Virus record (IMG/VR): IMGVR_UViG_3300023179_000156
Span: 1 to 51,141 of that record
DNA: 51,141 bases
DNA from: a virus
Taxonomy: Duplodnaviria > Caudoviricetes
Direction: 5' to 3' (one strand)
In this document: piece by piece, positions 37,007-45,606 of the stretch
Numbering within the stretch: position 1 is the first letter of the stretch
Layout: every line of letters starts with the position of its first letter
Notes under the pieces: generated by a model
Told to the model about the DNA's origin: nothing
The model's input: only the letters and a program-made list of their open reading frames with translations
Database searches by the model: none
Program-made: the position numbers and the translations under genes

Positions 37007-37102
37007 AGAGAACCATGATTATGCGGAATCCTCGCCGCCTAATTCGGCAGAAACCCGCGTTTCGCGGCCGAACGGCGCGGGGATGACGGTGTTATGCGGA
37101 AT
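37007..37102 (-). mobile_element. Terminal atypical site H (attI-like candidate)
   Basis: R box complementary to the MTase cassette start; 11-bp direct repeat TTATGCGGAAT at 37019 and 37092; no attC L boxes. Confidence 0.55.
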
Positions 37103-37138
37103 AGGTCGCTTTGCTCGCAGCCGAGCCCAGAGGAATAA

Positions 37139-37402
37139 ATGTCCATCAGAGACGCGTTCGACGAGTCCGGCTTGACAATGGCGGAGTTCGTCATCGGCAC
37201 TGTTTCGCTGTTTCTGATCTGTGCCACCGTCATCGCGGGGGCCGCGTGGATTTGCAGGGAGATCGCGACCGCAAATGACGGAAGAATCTCGCGGTCTCCG
37301 TTTGCGGTGACATTTGAACACGACGGACACAGGTTCGTTCGCGCTCCGGGAGGATCCATGTTGCACCATCCAGATTGCCCATGTCACAAAAAGGAGAAAT
37401 GA
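37139..37402 (+). CDS. Membrane-anchored hypothetical protein
   Basis: TM helix; 'EHDGH.F' and 'HHPDCPC' terminus. Confidence 0.65.
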   Translation: MSIRDAFDESGLTMAEFVIGTVSLFLICATVIAGAAWICREIATANDGRISRSPFAVTFEHDGHRFVRAPGGSMLHHPDCPCHKKEK

Positions 37403-37725
37403 TGCGTAAGTCCATCGACGTTCCGCTTCTGTTCAAACTCTGGCACACGGAACTCAAGAACGACGAACTGGCGTCCAGGATCGGCGTCGCGAGGGGCCAC
37501 CTGTGGTATCTGCGGCAGAAATACGGGCTCCCCGAGCGGAAAAAGCGCCGCACGCGGCCTCCATCGGACGACCCGACTCCGGAGGAGATAGCAGAGCGCT
37601 GTGCCGAAGTGAGGCGCGGATGGTCTGCAGAGGAGGAAGCGAGGAGACTGTGCGGCAAGCCGGCCCGCTGGAGGCCGCCCCAGTACCACAAGTTCGACCC
37701 AAAAACCATGACTTTTTCGTGTTGA
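37399..37725 (+). CDS. HTH-like hypothetical protein with 'PTPEEI..RCAEVRRGW' motif
   Basis: AGGAG RBS; motif shared with 39489 ORF. Confidence 0.65.
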   Translation: MMRKSIDVPLLFKLWHTELKNDELASRIGVARGHLWYLRQKYGLPERKKRRTRPPSDDPTPEEIAERCAEVRRGWSAEEEARRLCGKPARWRPPQYHKFDPKTMTFSC

Positions 37726-37758
37726 CACAGAGGCTACAGGGCCACACACTAGGGCTTC

Positions 37759-38037
37759 ATGCTTGAGAGAACAATCGTCGCGAAGGTGATCGCAACGGCG
37801 AAGTCGCTGGGGTGGTTCGCTGTCAAAATCCACGGCAACGCCTACCAGATGGCTGGGCTCCCGGACGTCCTGTGCATCAAGGGCGGGCGGGCAGTGTGGA
37901 TGGAGGCGAAGGTTCCAGGAAACGAGCCGAGCCCGATCCAAGCGCGCCGCATGAAGGAACTGGCCGCGGCCGGGTGTCCGTGTGCCGTGGTGTTTTCGGA
38001 CAAGGACGCGAGAAAGTTCCTGGAGGAGTGCGTGTAA
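37759..38037 (+). CDS. VRR-NUC / PD-(D/E)xK nuclease
   Basis: 'E..I...V', 'GLPD', 'MEAK', 'SPIQ' motifs. Confidence 0.85.
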   Translation: MLERTIVAKVIATAKSLGWFAVKIHGNAYQMAGLPDVLCIKGGRAVWMEAKVPGNEPSPIQARRMKELAAAGCPCAVVFSDKDARKFLEECV

Positions 38038-38661
38038 ATGGAGGAATCTTTCCTGGAGCCCCTGCAGAAAAGCCTCGTCCGCGGCCCCTGCCGCGTCGCC
38101 GTTGACATCGGCGCCAACGACGGCGAGTGGACGCTGTGGCTGGCCGAGAGGTTTGACCACGTTCTGGCCCTGGAGCCAGACCCCCGCGCGGCAAAGAAAC
38201 TGCGCGGCGCCCTGCCGGCCAATGCCACGCTGATCGAGGCCGCCTGCTGCCCGGAGGCCGGTGTTGCCGACTTCTACTTGCGCGAAAACCCAGACCAGTC
38301 ATCCATTCTGCCAGAGCATCCGATCGGCTGCGCTGACCAGCGCGAAGCCCCAGTGCAGTCAAAGTCGACCGTCAACGCCATGACGATGGACGGGATTCTT
38401 GACGCCGCGCGCAGTCTTTTTGGCTGCGACGAGATCGACTTCGTGAAACTGGACATCGAGGGCGCAGAGCATTTGGCCATGAACAGCGCCACGCCGTCCC
38501 TGTTCAGAAACACTCGCTGGCTCGTGGAGGTTCACGACAACCGGGTCGAGGTCGGCGCGGCTGTTCGCAGGCTGGGCCACGAAGACCTGCAGATCGTCAA
38601 TCATCCGCATCCAGGCGCCCACCCAAACCACCTCTGGATCCTTGTCAATGAATCCCGATGA
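38038..38661 (+). CDS. FkbM-family SAM methyltransferase
   Basis: 'VDIGANDG', 'LEP', 'IDFVKLDIEGAE', 'VEVH' motifs. Confidence 0.88.
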   Translation: MEESFLEPLQKSLVRGPCRVAVDIGANDGEWTLWLAERFDHVLALEPDPRAAKKLRGALPANATLIEAACCPEAGVADFYLRENPDQSSILPEHPIGCADQREAPVQSKSTVNAMTMDGILDAARSLFGCDEIDFVKLDIEGAEHLAMNSATPSLFRNTRWLVEVHDNRVEVGAAVRRLGHEDLQIVNHPHPGAHPNHLWILVNESR

Positions 38662-39505
38662 CTACTGGAAGATCGAGCCGGCGTACCAAAAGCAGTACGA
38701 CAAGTTCGTGGACATGGGGCGTGCTGTCGCGGCGGACGCCAAACTCTGCGTGCTTTCCATCGCCCGCAACGCGATGCCGTGCCTGGAAAATACGCTTCCA
38801 CTGCTGGAGCAGGCCGTCGCGCCATTTCGCGAGGTCAAGTATTACGTCTATGAGAACGACTCCACGGACGGGACTGATCAAGTCCTTGACGAGTTCGCGT
38901 CGAATCGCCCGTGGGTGACAGTTGAACACGCGTCCCTCGGGAGGCCGGACCTACGGGGCTTTGAGGAGGACAGGACGATCGCCCTGGCCGAATACCGCAA
39001 CCGCTGCCGGCTGTGGGCAGCGGCCAACGCCGCAGGCTTTGGGTTTTTCGCCGTCCTTGATACAGACCCGATGGGCGGGTTTTCCCCAGGCGGCCTGCTC
39101 AACAGCGTCGGCTGGCTGTCGCACTATGCCAGCGACACGAGGAAAACACCCGCTGGAATGGCCAGCCTGTCGCTTTACGCCGAACTGGGAGACGAAGGGG
39201 AACTGCGGCTTGCGCAGTACGACGCTTGGGCGGCGAGGCTGAATTGGTGGGACGACCGGCGAGACAATAGGTGGTTTCACGCGTTGCTTCCGCCAGTCGG
39301 CAGCGAGCCGATTCCGATGAACTCTGCATTCGGCGGCCTGACGGTCTACCGCCGCGAAGCGTTCCTGGCCGCCGGCGTCGAGTACGTCGGCGGCGATTGC
39401 GAACACGTTGCCATGCACCGCGCCATGCACCGCGCCGGATTCCAGATGTATCTCAACCCTGGGTGCCGGTACGCCGCCGTGATTCCCAATGCCGTCTCCT
39501 CGTAA
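38648..39505 (+). CDS. GT-A glycosyltransferase-like protein
   Basis: 'YENDSTDGT', 'LAEYRN', 'VLDTD', 'SAFGGL.VY', 'DCEHV' motifs. Confidence 0.8.
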   Translation: MNPDDYWKIEPAYQKQYDKFVDMGRAVAADAKLCVLSIARNAMPCLENTLPLLEQAVAPFREVKYYVYENDSTDGTDQVLDEFASNRPWVTVEHASLGRPDLRGFEEDRTIALAEYRNRCRLWAAANAAGFGFFAVLDTDPMGGFSPGGLLNSVGWLSHYASDTRKTPAGMASLSLYAELGDEGELRLAQYDAWAARLNWWDDRRDNRWFHALLPPVGSEPIPMNSAFGGLTVYRREAFLAAGVEYVGGDCEHVAMHRAMHRAGFQMYLNPGCRYAAVIPNAVSS

Positions 39506-39896
39506 GTCTGCCGAGGAGATCCAGGCCAACAAGGAACTGGCCAACCAGAAGCGAAAACTGCGGAGACTGTGGTCGTATAGCGACCTGTCGTTCGGCGAAG
39601 TCTGCGAGGAAATTGGCATGGATGCCGCGAGTCTCATTGCATACGCCAAGTCCATTGGGCTCCAGGACAGGGTTGAGCCGCTGGTGTTCATTCCGACTCC
39701 GGAGCAGATCCGTGTGGCGGCCGCCGAGATCAGGGCCGGGTGGACCGAAGCCGAGCGCGAATGCCGGCTCGGCGCTGGGGTATTCGCTAGAATGAATAAT
39801 GCGACGGAGCCACACAACGATGACAGCAGAACTGCGTCTTGTGATGGCCGGAAAAGAGGCCAGACTTTTCCTGAAAATCGACGATCGCGAGATTGA
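39489..39896 (+). CDS. Hypothetical protein ('PTPEQI..AAAEIRAGW')
   Basis: Motif shared with 37399 ORF. Confidence 0.55.
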   Translation: MPSPRKSAEEIQANKELANQKRKLRRLWSYSDLSFGEVCEEIGMDAASLIAYAKSIGLQDRVEPLVFIPTPEQIRVAAAEIRAGWTEAERECRLGAGVFARMNNATEPHNDDSRTASCDGRKRGQTFPENRRSRD

Positions 39897-40008
39897 AGAC
39901 GAGTTGTGGGCTTTTGACCGCAAACTCACCAATGCACAGATACAAGAAATCGCCGCCTGCGTGTTTCACGACGCATATTCGGTGATCCAGTACACAGCGC
40001 ATGACTGA
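39820..40008 (+). CDS. Hypothetical protein
   Basis: ORF in tightly packed operon. Confidence 0.45.
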   Translation: MTAELRLVMAGKEARLFLKIDDREIEDELWAFDRKLTNAQIQEIAACVFHDAYSVIQYTAHD

Positions 40009-40186
40009 CGAGCCGCGATACATCAACGCGCTCACCTACGGTGACGACTCGCCGCCGATTATGAATCTCGTTCCAGAGGCGCCGCCAAGCCACTGGGGCA
40101 AGTTGACAAGCCAGCCGAGAACAATGTCTCCGCAGTACCTCAAGTTTCTCAAAGGCAAGGAGCCGAAAAATGACCGAGCCGACTGA
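40001..40186 (+). CDS. Hypothetical protein
   Basis: ORF in tightly packed operon. Confidence 0.45.
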   Translation: MTDEPRYINALTYGDDSPPIMNLVPEAPPSHWGKLTSQPRTMSPQYLKFLKGKEPKNDRAD

Positions 40187-40451
40187 AGATATTTACGGCG
40201 CGAATCTGCCGATTTTTGAAAAACTGAAGTTGCTCGCCGAGTGGGCGCCGCTTCTCGGCAGGCTGCAGGCAATTGCCTCGGCCAAGACCCCATACGACCA
40301 GTCGCTGGCCGTGATTTCCGCCATCCAGTGGGCGGCTGGCAAGTCGAACACCGAACTTGACGACGAGGCGCTCTTCCACCTTGAGGCAGTCCTCCGGACA
40401 TCCGAAGGCAAGGCGCTCTTCGACTGGGCGGCATCAAAGGTGACGGCGTGA
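40170..40451 (+). CDS. Hypothetical protein
   Basis: AAGGAG RBS. Confidence 0.6.
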   Translation: MTEPTEDIYGANLPIFEKLKLLAEWAPLLGRLQAIASAKTPYDQSLAVISAIQWAAGKSNTELDDEALFHLEAVLRTSEGKALFDWAASKVTA

Positions 40452-40681
40452 CAATGATGCAGTACCTGACCGCTGCGGCGGCACTGCTTGTGGCAGCGTG
40501 GCCGGACCTAAAGTTCCTTCCGCGAGTGCTTCCGGCTCCGAAGTCGCCCGACTACCAGCAGGCCGTGGCCAGCCTCGCGTCCGTGCGGCTCCGCTTGAGG
40601 TCAACGGACTGCCTCGGCGATGAGCAGAGGAGCGCCATCAACGTGCTGACGCTGGCGCTGGTTGATGGGAGCGACAAATGA
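40448..40681 (+). CDS. Small membrane protein
   Basis: N-terminal hydrophobic helix; coupled to neighbours. Confidence 0.55.
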   Translation: MTMMQYLTAAAALLVAAWPDLKFLPRVLPAPKSPDYQQAVASLASVRLRLRSTDCLGDEQRSAINVLTLALVDGSDK

Positions 40682-41163
40682 CGAACTCTCACATGAGGTG
40701 GATTGTCGTGCTGATGCTGCTTTTCTTCTCGTGGAAGGGCGTCAACCTTGACCTCGAATGGCCACCGATCAATCACGAAGTTTCGTCGCCGAAGCCGGCC
40801 GACGAGTTCCTCGGGTGGGCCGCGCCGGTCAGGACGATCGCCGCCAAGATGCTCCCCGCAGACAGGCTGTACCTGTCGAATCTCTATGAAGCCATGTCGT
40901 TCATCCTTTTGCGCGACTTCGATCGAGATCAGCCGATCATCAAGACCACGGATGACTTCGTGACGTTTCACGCCGGGACGCTGCGGCTGGCTATTGAAAA
41001 GTCGAATGTCGGAAAGTACCCCGGCCTAGCGGAAGCCATCGACCAGACTTTTTTGGCCGCCCTTGGCGCCGACCAGAAAGCGCTCGACGACAAGACAAAG
41101 CCCCGGCTGATTGCCGCCTGCGGCGCACTTTCTTGGACGATTGGCATCGGGCGAGATGAGTGA
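40678..41163 (+). CDS. Membrane-anchored/exported hypothetical protein
   Basis: N-terminal hydrophobic segment. Confidence 0.6.
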   Translation: MTNSHMRWIVVLMLLFFSWKGVNLDLEWPPINHEVSSPKPADEFLGWAAPVRTIAAKMLPADRLYLSNLYEAMSFILLRDFDRDQPIIKTTDDFVTFHAGTLRLAIEKSNVGKYPGLAEAIDQTFLAALGADQKALDDKTKPRLIAACGALSWTIGIGRDE

Positions 41164-42157
41164 CAACTTCAATCCACTCGACGCCTATTCCGGCGGCCTC
41201 GCTGGCTGCAGGCCAGACCCCCGCGCCGACGAAGAACTCGTCGACTCCATCATCCGCCGCGGCGGCGACCCAGATGGCGGAAGTGTTGCCTACAGTTGGG
41301 AGTTTTCTGAAGCCGGCAAAGGCAAACTGACGCTGCTGTTCCCGGCAGTCCAGTCTGTGTTTCCTGGCTGCTGGCCTGGGCCGACGCAACTCACTGGAGA
41401 CTGCGTCGCGCGTGCCGCGGCAAACTGCCTGCTGACGTCGCTGGGCATGGAGATCGCCAGCAACAAGCCAGACGAAAAGACCGGCAAACTGGAAGGCGCA
41501 CCGCAACTCCCAGAGGACGGCATCAAAGACTCGGTGGTCGCGTCGGTGTCGCTGTGGGCGTGGCGCGGGTATGACAGCGACGGGTGGATTTGCTCGAAGG
41601 CGGCGCAGGTTGCCACGACAAAGGGCTTTTTGATTCGGAAGCCCTACCCAGAGTTCGGAATCGACCTCACGCAATACACAGAAAAGACCATCCGCCTGGG
41701 CGGATCTCGCCAGCCGAGCCAGAAATGGCTCGACGAGTCTTCGCAATACATCGCCCGCACCGCCACGGTCCTGTCCGGCCGCGAGCAGGTCCGCGACTTT
41801 CTGTTCCAGGGTTACGGCGTTTTCAACTGCAGTTCGATGGCCTTTGAGCGGACCAGAAACGAAGACGGATTTTCCCGTCAGGTCGGCATTTGGCATCACG
41901 CGCAAAGTTTTCTCGGGTATGACGATCGGCCGGAAACGCACCAGAAGTACGGCCAAGCGCTCGCCTTGTGGAACAACTCGTGGGCGGCCTGGAACTCCGG
42001 CCCCCGCAAGATCATGGGGACGTCGATCGAGATCCCGCACGGCTCGTACTGGGCGCTGGCCTCGACGATCGACAAGGCCCAGTGCATCGCCCTGTCGAGC
42101 GTGGCGGGCTGGCCGCGTCGGCAGCACACGACTTTTGGAGCAGTCGGCAACGTATGA
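41156..42157 (+). CDS. Papain-like (C1-type) cysteine peptidase
   Basis: 'Q..GDCV' catalytic Cys region, 'HAQ...GYD' His region and 'NSW' Asn motif. Confidence 0.7.
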   Translation: MSDNFNPLDAYSGGLAGCRPDPRADEELVDSIIRRGGDPDGGSVAYSWEFSEAGKGKLTLLFPAVQSVFPGCWPGPTQLTGDCVARAAANCLLTSLGMEIASNKPDEKTGKLEGAPQLPEDGIKDSVVASVSLWAWRGYDSDGWICSKAAQVATTKGFLIRKPYPEFGIDLTQYTEKTIRLGGSRQPSQKWLDESSQYIARTATVLSGREQVRDFLFQGYGVFNCSSMAFERTRNEDGFSRQVGIWHHAQSFLGYDDRPETHQKYGQALALWNNSWAAWNSGPRKIMGTSIEIPHGSYWALASTIDKAQCIALSSVAGWPRRQHTTFGAVGNV

Positions 42158-42417
42158 CCCGCGCTCTTGTGTTTGTCACGGTGGCCCTGTTGCCGGGATG
42201 CGTCGCCTTGCCTCGCAGGGGGCAAGACCTGCAGCCGTTCGTCGCCGCCGCCGGCCGCTACTCGCTCATGCAGTCTGGCACGACCAAGCCATCGCCGTCT
42301 GGACGCTGCGAAAATTGCCGCGGCGCCGGAAAAATTGGCGACGGAACCGTGTTCGTTGTTTGCCCTATTTGCCGCGGATCCGGGACCGACTGCGGCCCAG
42401 CAGGCTGCAAAAAGTAA
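42154..42417 (+). CDS. Lipoprotein with CxxCxGxG zinc-finger
   Basis: Signal peptide with LPGC lipobox; CENCRGAG and CPICRGSG. Confidence 0.65.
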   Translation: MTRALVFVTVALLPGCVALPRRGQDLQPFVAAAGRYSLMQSGTTKPSPSGRCENCRGAGKIGDGTVFVVCPICRGSGTDCGPAGCKK

Positions 42418-42740
42418 TGCTCTACACACCGCTGAAGTCCTTCGTAGCCAAGCGCGGCGGCCTCCGGCTTGCGGCGCACTCACGCACCAGAGACCGGCTG
42501 ATCGAGATGGCCGTCGAGGAGTGGCCGGCCAACTGCGACCCCGACAAACTTTTCGATGTCCTCAAGGCCCGCATGTCCATCCGGGTTCGCAAAGAGTACG
42601 GCAGCGTCTTGGCCATGTTTCTCATCAGCGTGCTGGTGAACGCCATCGCCAAACTGGTGGTGGAGTGGTGGTTTTCCAGGGACTCGCACCGAGTTTTGAT
42701 GCTCGGGTGGCGGCACAATGCTACCGGCCGGCAAGTTTGA
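42417..42740 (+). CDS. Hypothetical membrane protein
   Basis: TAATG coupling; C-terminal hydrophobic helix. Confidence 0.55.
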   Translation: MLYTPLKSFVAKRGGLRLAAHSRTRDRLIEMAVEEWPANCDPDKLFDVLKARMSIRVRKEYGSVLAMFLISVLVNAIAKLVVEWWFSRDSHRVLMLGWRHNATGRQV

Positions 42741-43269
42741 CGTAGTGCTGCTCGATCCGCCGTGGTCGTACTACGGCCAGCAGTCCAAGTGGGGCGCTGC
42801 GGCCAAGTTCTACGACACGATGCCTGACGAAGCCTTGCTGGCACTTGATGTTCCATCGCTGCTCAAGCCAACTTCTGTTGTGTTCTGTTGGGCCACGAGC
42901 CCCCGCCTAGATTTTGCGATTCGTACTCTTGGGTCGTGGGGGCTGCACTACCGCGGCGTGTCTTTTGTGTGGGTGAAAACGTCAAAGTCAGGAAAGCCGT
43001 TTGGCGCTAGGGGCGTCCGCCCGTCGATCGTGAAGCCGACAACCGAGTTCGTCCTTGCGGCCTCGATGGCGCCAAAAGGCCGGCCAATGCCTGTGTCCGA
43101 CGAGTCTGTGCCGCAGGTTGTGCTTGCCGCGCCTGGGAGGCACAGCGAAAAGCCGGACGAAGTGCAGGCCAGGATCGAGCGGCTGTATCCGTCAGCCAAG
43201 CGCCTTGAAATGTTCGCCCGTCGTTGCCGCGAAGGGTGGCAAGCCTGGGGGAACGAAATCCATGCCTAA
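42718..43269 (+). CDS. MT-A70 family adenine methyltransferase
   Basis: 'DPPW', 'WVK', 'HSEKP', 'EMFAR', 'WGNE' motifs. Confidence 0.9.
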   Translation: MLPAGKFDVVLLDPPWSYYGQQSKWGAAAKFYDTMPDEALLALDVPSLLKPTSVVFCWATSPRLDFAIRTLGSWGLHYRGVSFVWVKTSKSGKPFGARGVRPSIVKPTTEFVLAASMAPKGRPMPVSDESVPQVVLAAPGRHSEKPDEVQARIERLYPSAKRLEMFARRCREGWQAWGNEIHA

Positions 43270-43549
43270 ACGGATCCAGACATTCCGCCCCCGACCGGCC
43301 CAGCCCAGGCCGACAGCCGCGGAGCGCGGGTACTGCTCTGCCGCGTGGCGCAGGACAAGGCTGGCCGTGATCGCAAGGGACGAAGGCAAGTGCCAACTGT
43401 GCGGGATCTTGGTGACCGGCCGCGAGGCGCACGTCGACCATATCATCGAGAAGCCGCGCGGCACCGACGCGATGCACAACCTGCGATTGCTCTGCCAACC
43501 GTGTCATAGCAAGCGGCACGCTCAAGACTCTCTCGGCCACGGCGGCTGA
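43262..43549 (+). CDS. HNH endonuclease (packaging-associated type)
   Basis: 'RGY...W...R...RD...CQLC...VDHI...NLRLLC..CH'. Confidence 0.88.
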   Translation: MPKRIQTFRPRPAQPRPTAAERGYCSAAWRRTRLAVIARDEGKCQLCGILVTGREAHVDHIIEKPRGTDAMHNLRLLCQPCHSKRHAQDSLGHGG

Positions 43550-43666
43550 CCGCACGCGATTCGCTTTCGGATGGCAAGCGCGGCCTCTGCGGCCTCCTGT
43601 TTCCTAACGATTCGCATGGCAACGAGGTCGCGCAGCCAGTTGGCGATGTTGTATCGCGTCAACCTG

Positions 43667-44074
43667 TTATCCCCAACGGGATCGGGCCATTCTTTTTCCA
43701 TTGTCGCTCATCGCCTTCTTGTCAGAGTGGAGGCGCGTGATCCCTTGCGCCAGGATATTGTTCTTCACGGCCCGCAGTTGATACTCCGGCAGGTATCGCC
43801 TCCGGCCGATTTTCTCTCCGAGGCCGGTTCGCTCCAGCACTCGCAAGACGGTCGACCGCGAGCAGCCGAGAATGTCGGCCGCCTGCTGGAGCGTCATCTG
43901 TTTGCCACGAACGGGGATTGGCGTCTTTGCCACGGACGGGGCATAGAGGTCCGCCGAGACAAACGCCTTATTGCCCAGGTACACCACGCCCCCGAGTCTC
44001 GCGGCGTTACTGATTACAGTCCGCCGCGAGACTCCCGATTGCTTGGCTACAGCGTCGGCATCGAGCAGGTTCAT
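43667..44074 (-). CDS. Tandem HTH DNA-binding protein
   Basis: 'VAKQSGVSRRTV' and 'MTLQQAADILGCSRSTV'. Confidence 0.7.
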   Translation of the reverse strand: MNLLDADAVAKQSGVSRRTVISNAARLGGVVYLGNKAFVSADLYAPSVAKTPIPVRGKQMTLQQAADILGCSRSTVLRVLERTGLGEKIGRRRYLPEYQLRAVKNNILAQGITRLHSDKKAMSDNGKRMARSRWG

Positions 44075-44373
44075 AATCGCCTCCCGAGCCACCAGGACAC
44101 GCTGGAATCCTCATCTTCGAGTCCTGCAACTTCCAGCAAAAACCGAATCGTTTCACGGTCGCGGGCGTCAATCCGCTCGTCTTTGGAGAGCCGCCGAGCG
44201 TCCGCCGCTGGAAGTCCGTTCTCAATCCACTGCTGCCCGCGCACCTCGATGGCGACTCCAGTCACGGGCAGGATCGCGTCGATTGCGCCCTCCCAGCGAT
44301 ACTGATCCTGCTTGCCGATCGGAATGTACCCGCGCTCGCCCATTAGCATGATCGAGTCCTTGACAGCGCTCAT
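44071..44373 (-). CDS. Hypothetical protein
   Basis: ATGA-coupled chain on minus strand. Confidence 0.55.
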   Translation of the reverse strand: MSAVKDSIMLMGERGYIPIGKQDQYRWEGAIDAILPVTGVAIEVRGQQWIENGLPAADARRLSKDERIDARDRETIRFLLEVAGLEDEDSSVSWWLGRRL

Positions 44374-44606
44374 GACTTCACAGCCTTTCTGATAATCCGG
44401 TTGAGGTACGAAACGTCGACACGATCGTTCAGCCGCGGCACCTTCACGCCCATTCGTCGCAGGTCCGAGGCGTACACCAGCATGGCCGCCTCTGTTGTTC
44501 CGAGACGCTTGGCAATCTCGGCGCCGGACTCGCCGGCAACGTACCCGTCCATGTACCTACGAATGAACGTCGCATACGGCCGCTCATTCGGCGCAAACTT
44601 TTTCAT
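44370..44606 (-). CDS. Small HTH-like protein
   Basis: 'SGAEIAKRLG' motif; coupled. Confidence 0.55.
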   Translation of the reverse strand: MKKFAPNERPYATFIRRYMDGYVAGESGAEIAKRLGTTEAAMLVYASDLRRMGVKVPRLNDRVDVSYLNRIIRKAVKS

Positions 44607-44911
44607 CGCTTCTTGCTCCTGATTTTGCCACGGATCTTGTACGGACGGCACACGATCTCTGGAGCGGCCTTGTTTTTCCGCCTGCCCTCGACATGGAGCA
44701 GCACGGCGCCGTCCTTGTTCCTTGCCTCGATGTAAACCCGCGACCCACACTTTGTCGCCCGCACGAACGTGCATACCCCACGCGCCGCGAGCGGCAGTCT
44801 CCTGCCATCGTCTGTTTTCCAGTACGGGCCGCCGCTCACGCGGAACCTGTCTCCACGCCGCAGCACAACGCGCTGCGACACGCGGTACTCGTCTAGCGCT
44901 TCTTTTTGCAC
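44603..44911 (-). CDS. Hypothetical protein
   Basis: GTG with GGAGG RBS. Confidence 0.55.
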   Translation of the reverse strand: MQKEALDEYRVSQRVVLRRGDRFRVSGGPYWKTDDGRRLPLAARGVCTFVRATKCGSRVYIEARNKDGAVLLHVEGRRKNKAAPEIVCRPYKIRGKIRSKKR

Positions 44912-45087
44912 GCGCAGTCCTCCACGATCCCAAACGCAAACGCCTTGTCCAACTTCATAACGGCCGACATAAAACTCTTGGCACGCTTTGGGACGCCGAA
45001 GTGACTTACTGCAAGTTCCAGACCATCCATGATTGCGATAGCCTCTTTTTTCGTCAGACGGACAATCTTCTGTTTTGCGACTTTCAT
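44893..45087 (-). CDS. Hypothetical protein
   Basis: AGGAG RBS. Confidence 0.5.
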   Translation of the reverse strand: MKVAKQKIVRLTKKEAIAIMDGLELAVSHFGVPKRAKSFMSAVMKLDKAFAFGIVEDCACKKKR

Positions 45088-45263
45088 TTCGCGGTCTCCT
45101 TCCTGGTAAAGAAAATGGCAATCCTTGTCGGCACCACCACGCGGTCGTTGCACTCGCCGCAGCATCGGTCGCCTTTCTTTGTGGCGATCGGCTCCGGATT
45201 GTGGCCACCTGCCCAGCCGTTTGCGTCGGGCAGGATTTCGCTCTCACACAGACAGCACTTCAT
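45084..45263 (-). CDS. Small Zn-binding hypothetical protein
   Basis: 'CCLC...GHNPEP...CCGECN..VVP.R'. Confidence 0.6.
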   Translation of the reverse strand: MKCCLCESEILPDANGWAGGHNPEPIATKKGDRCCGECNDRVVVPTRIAIFFTRKETAK

Positions 45264-45603
45264 GCTCAACCTCCAGTTTCGTGGGCGGCTCGCCCATCCA
45301 GCGCTCCGGCCGGATGTTCTTGAACCAGTCCTGCATCGACGGAATGAATCCGCAGTCCTCTCGAACGTGCTGCTCGCCAATGAATCGCACCGGCACGACG
45401 CGACCGGCCGAGTTGGTGATCGTGTGGCCGAATAGTTTCTCGGCCATGAAAACCCCCTCGGCATGGTGCCGCAGCGCTCGATGCCGAAAGTCCGCCATGA
45501 TCTTCTTCGATTCGTCGAACCAATCGTGGATCGGAAGGTAGTCATCTACCTCGCCGCCCCACTTCTTTTGCGAACTCACGGCATGGTGATACGAATGCGC
45601 CAT
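45244..45603 (-). CDS. Hypothetical protein (DUF6915-like)
   Basis: 'HAVSS..KWGG...DY..IH.W.D.SK....RHRALRHH.EG...EQHV.ED.G'. Confidence 0.7.
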   Translation of the reverse strand: MAHSYHHAVSSQKKWGGEVDDYLPIHDWFDESKKIMADFRHRALRHHAEGVFMAEKLFGHTITNSAGRVVPVRFIGEQHVREDCGFIPSMQDWFKNIRPERWMGEPPTKLEVEHEVLSV

Positions 45604-45606
45604 GGC

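Noticed and set aside
33977-37102. CRISPR array, or simple terminators/REP elements, as an explanation for the repeats
   Set aside because: The intervening segments are gene-sized and coding, the repeats diverge while keeping their structure, there are no U-tracts, and segment-specific end complementarity fits recombination cassettes.
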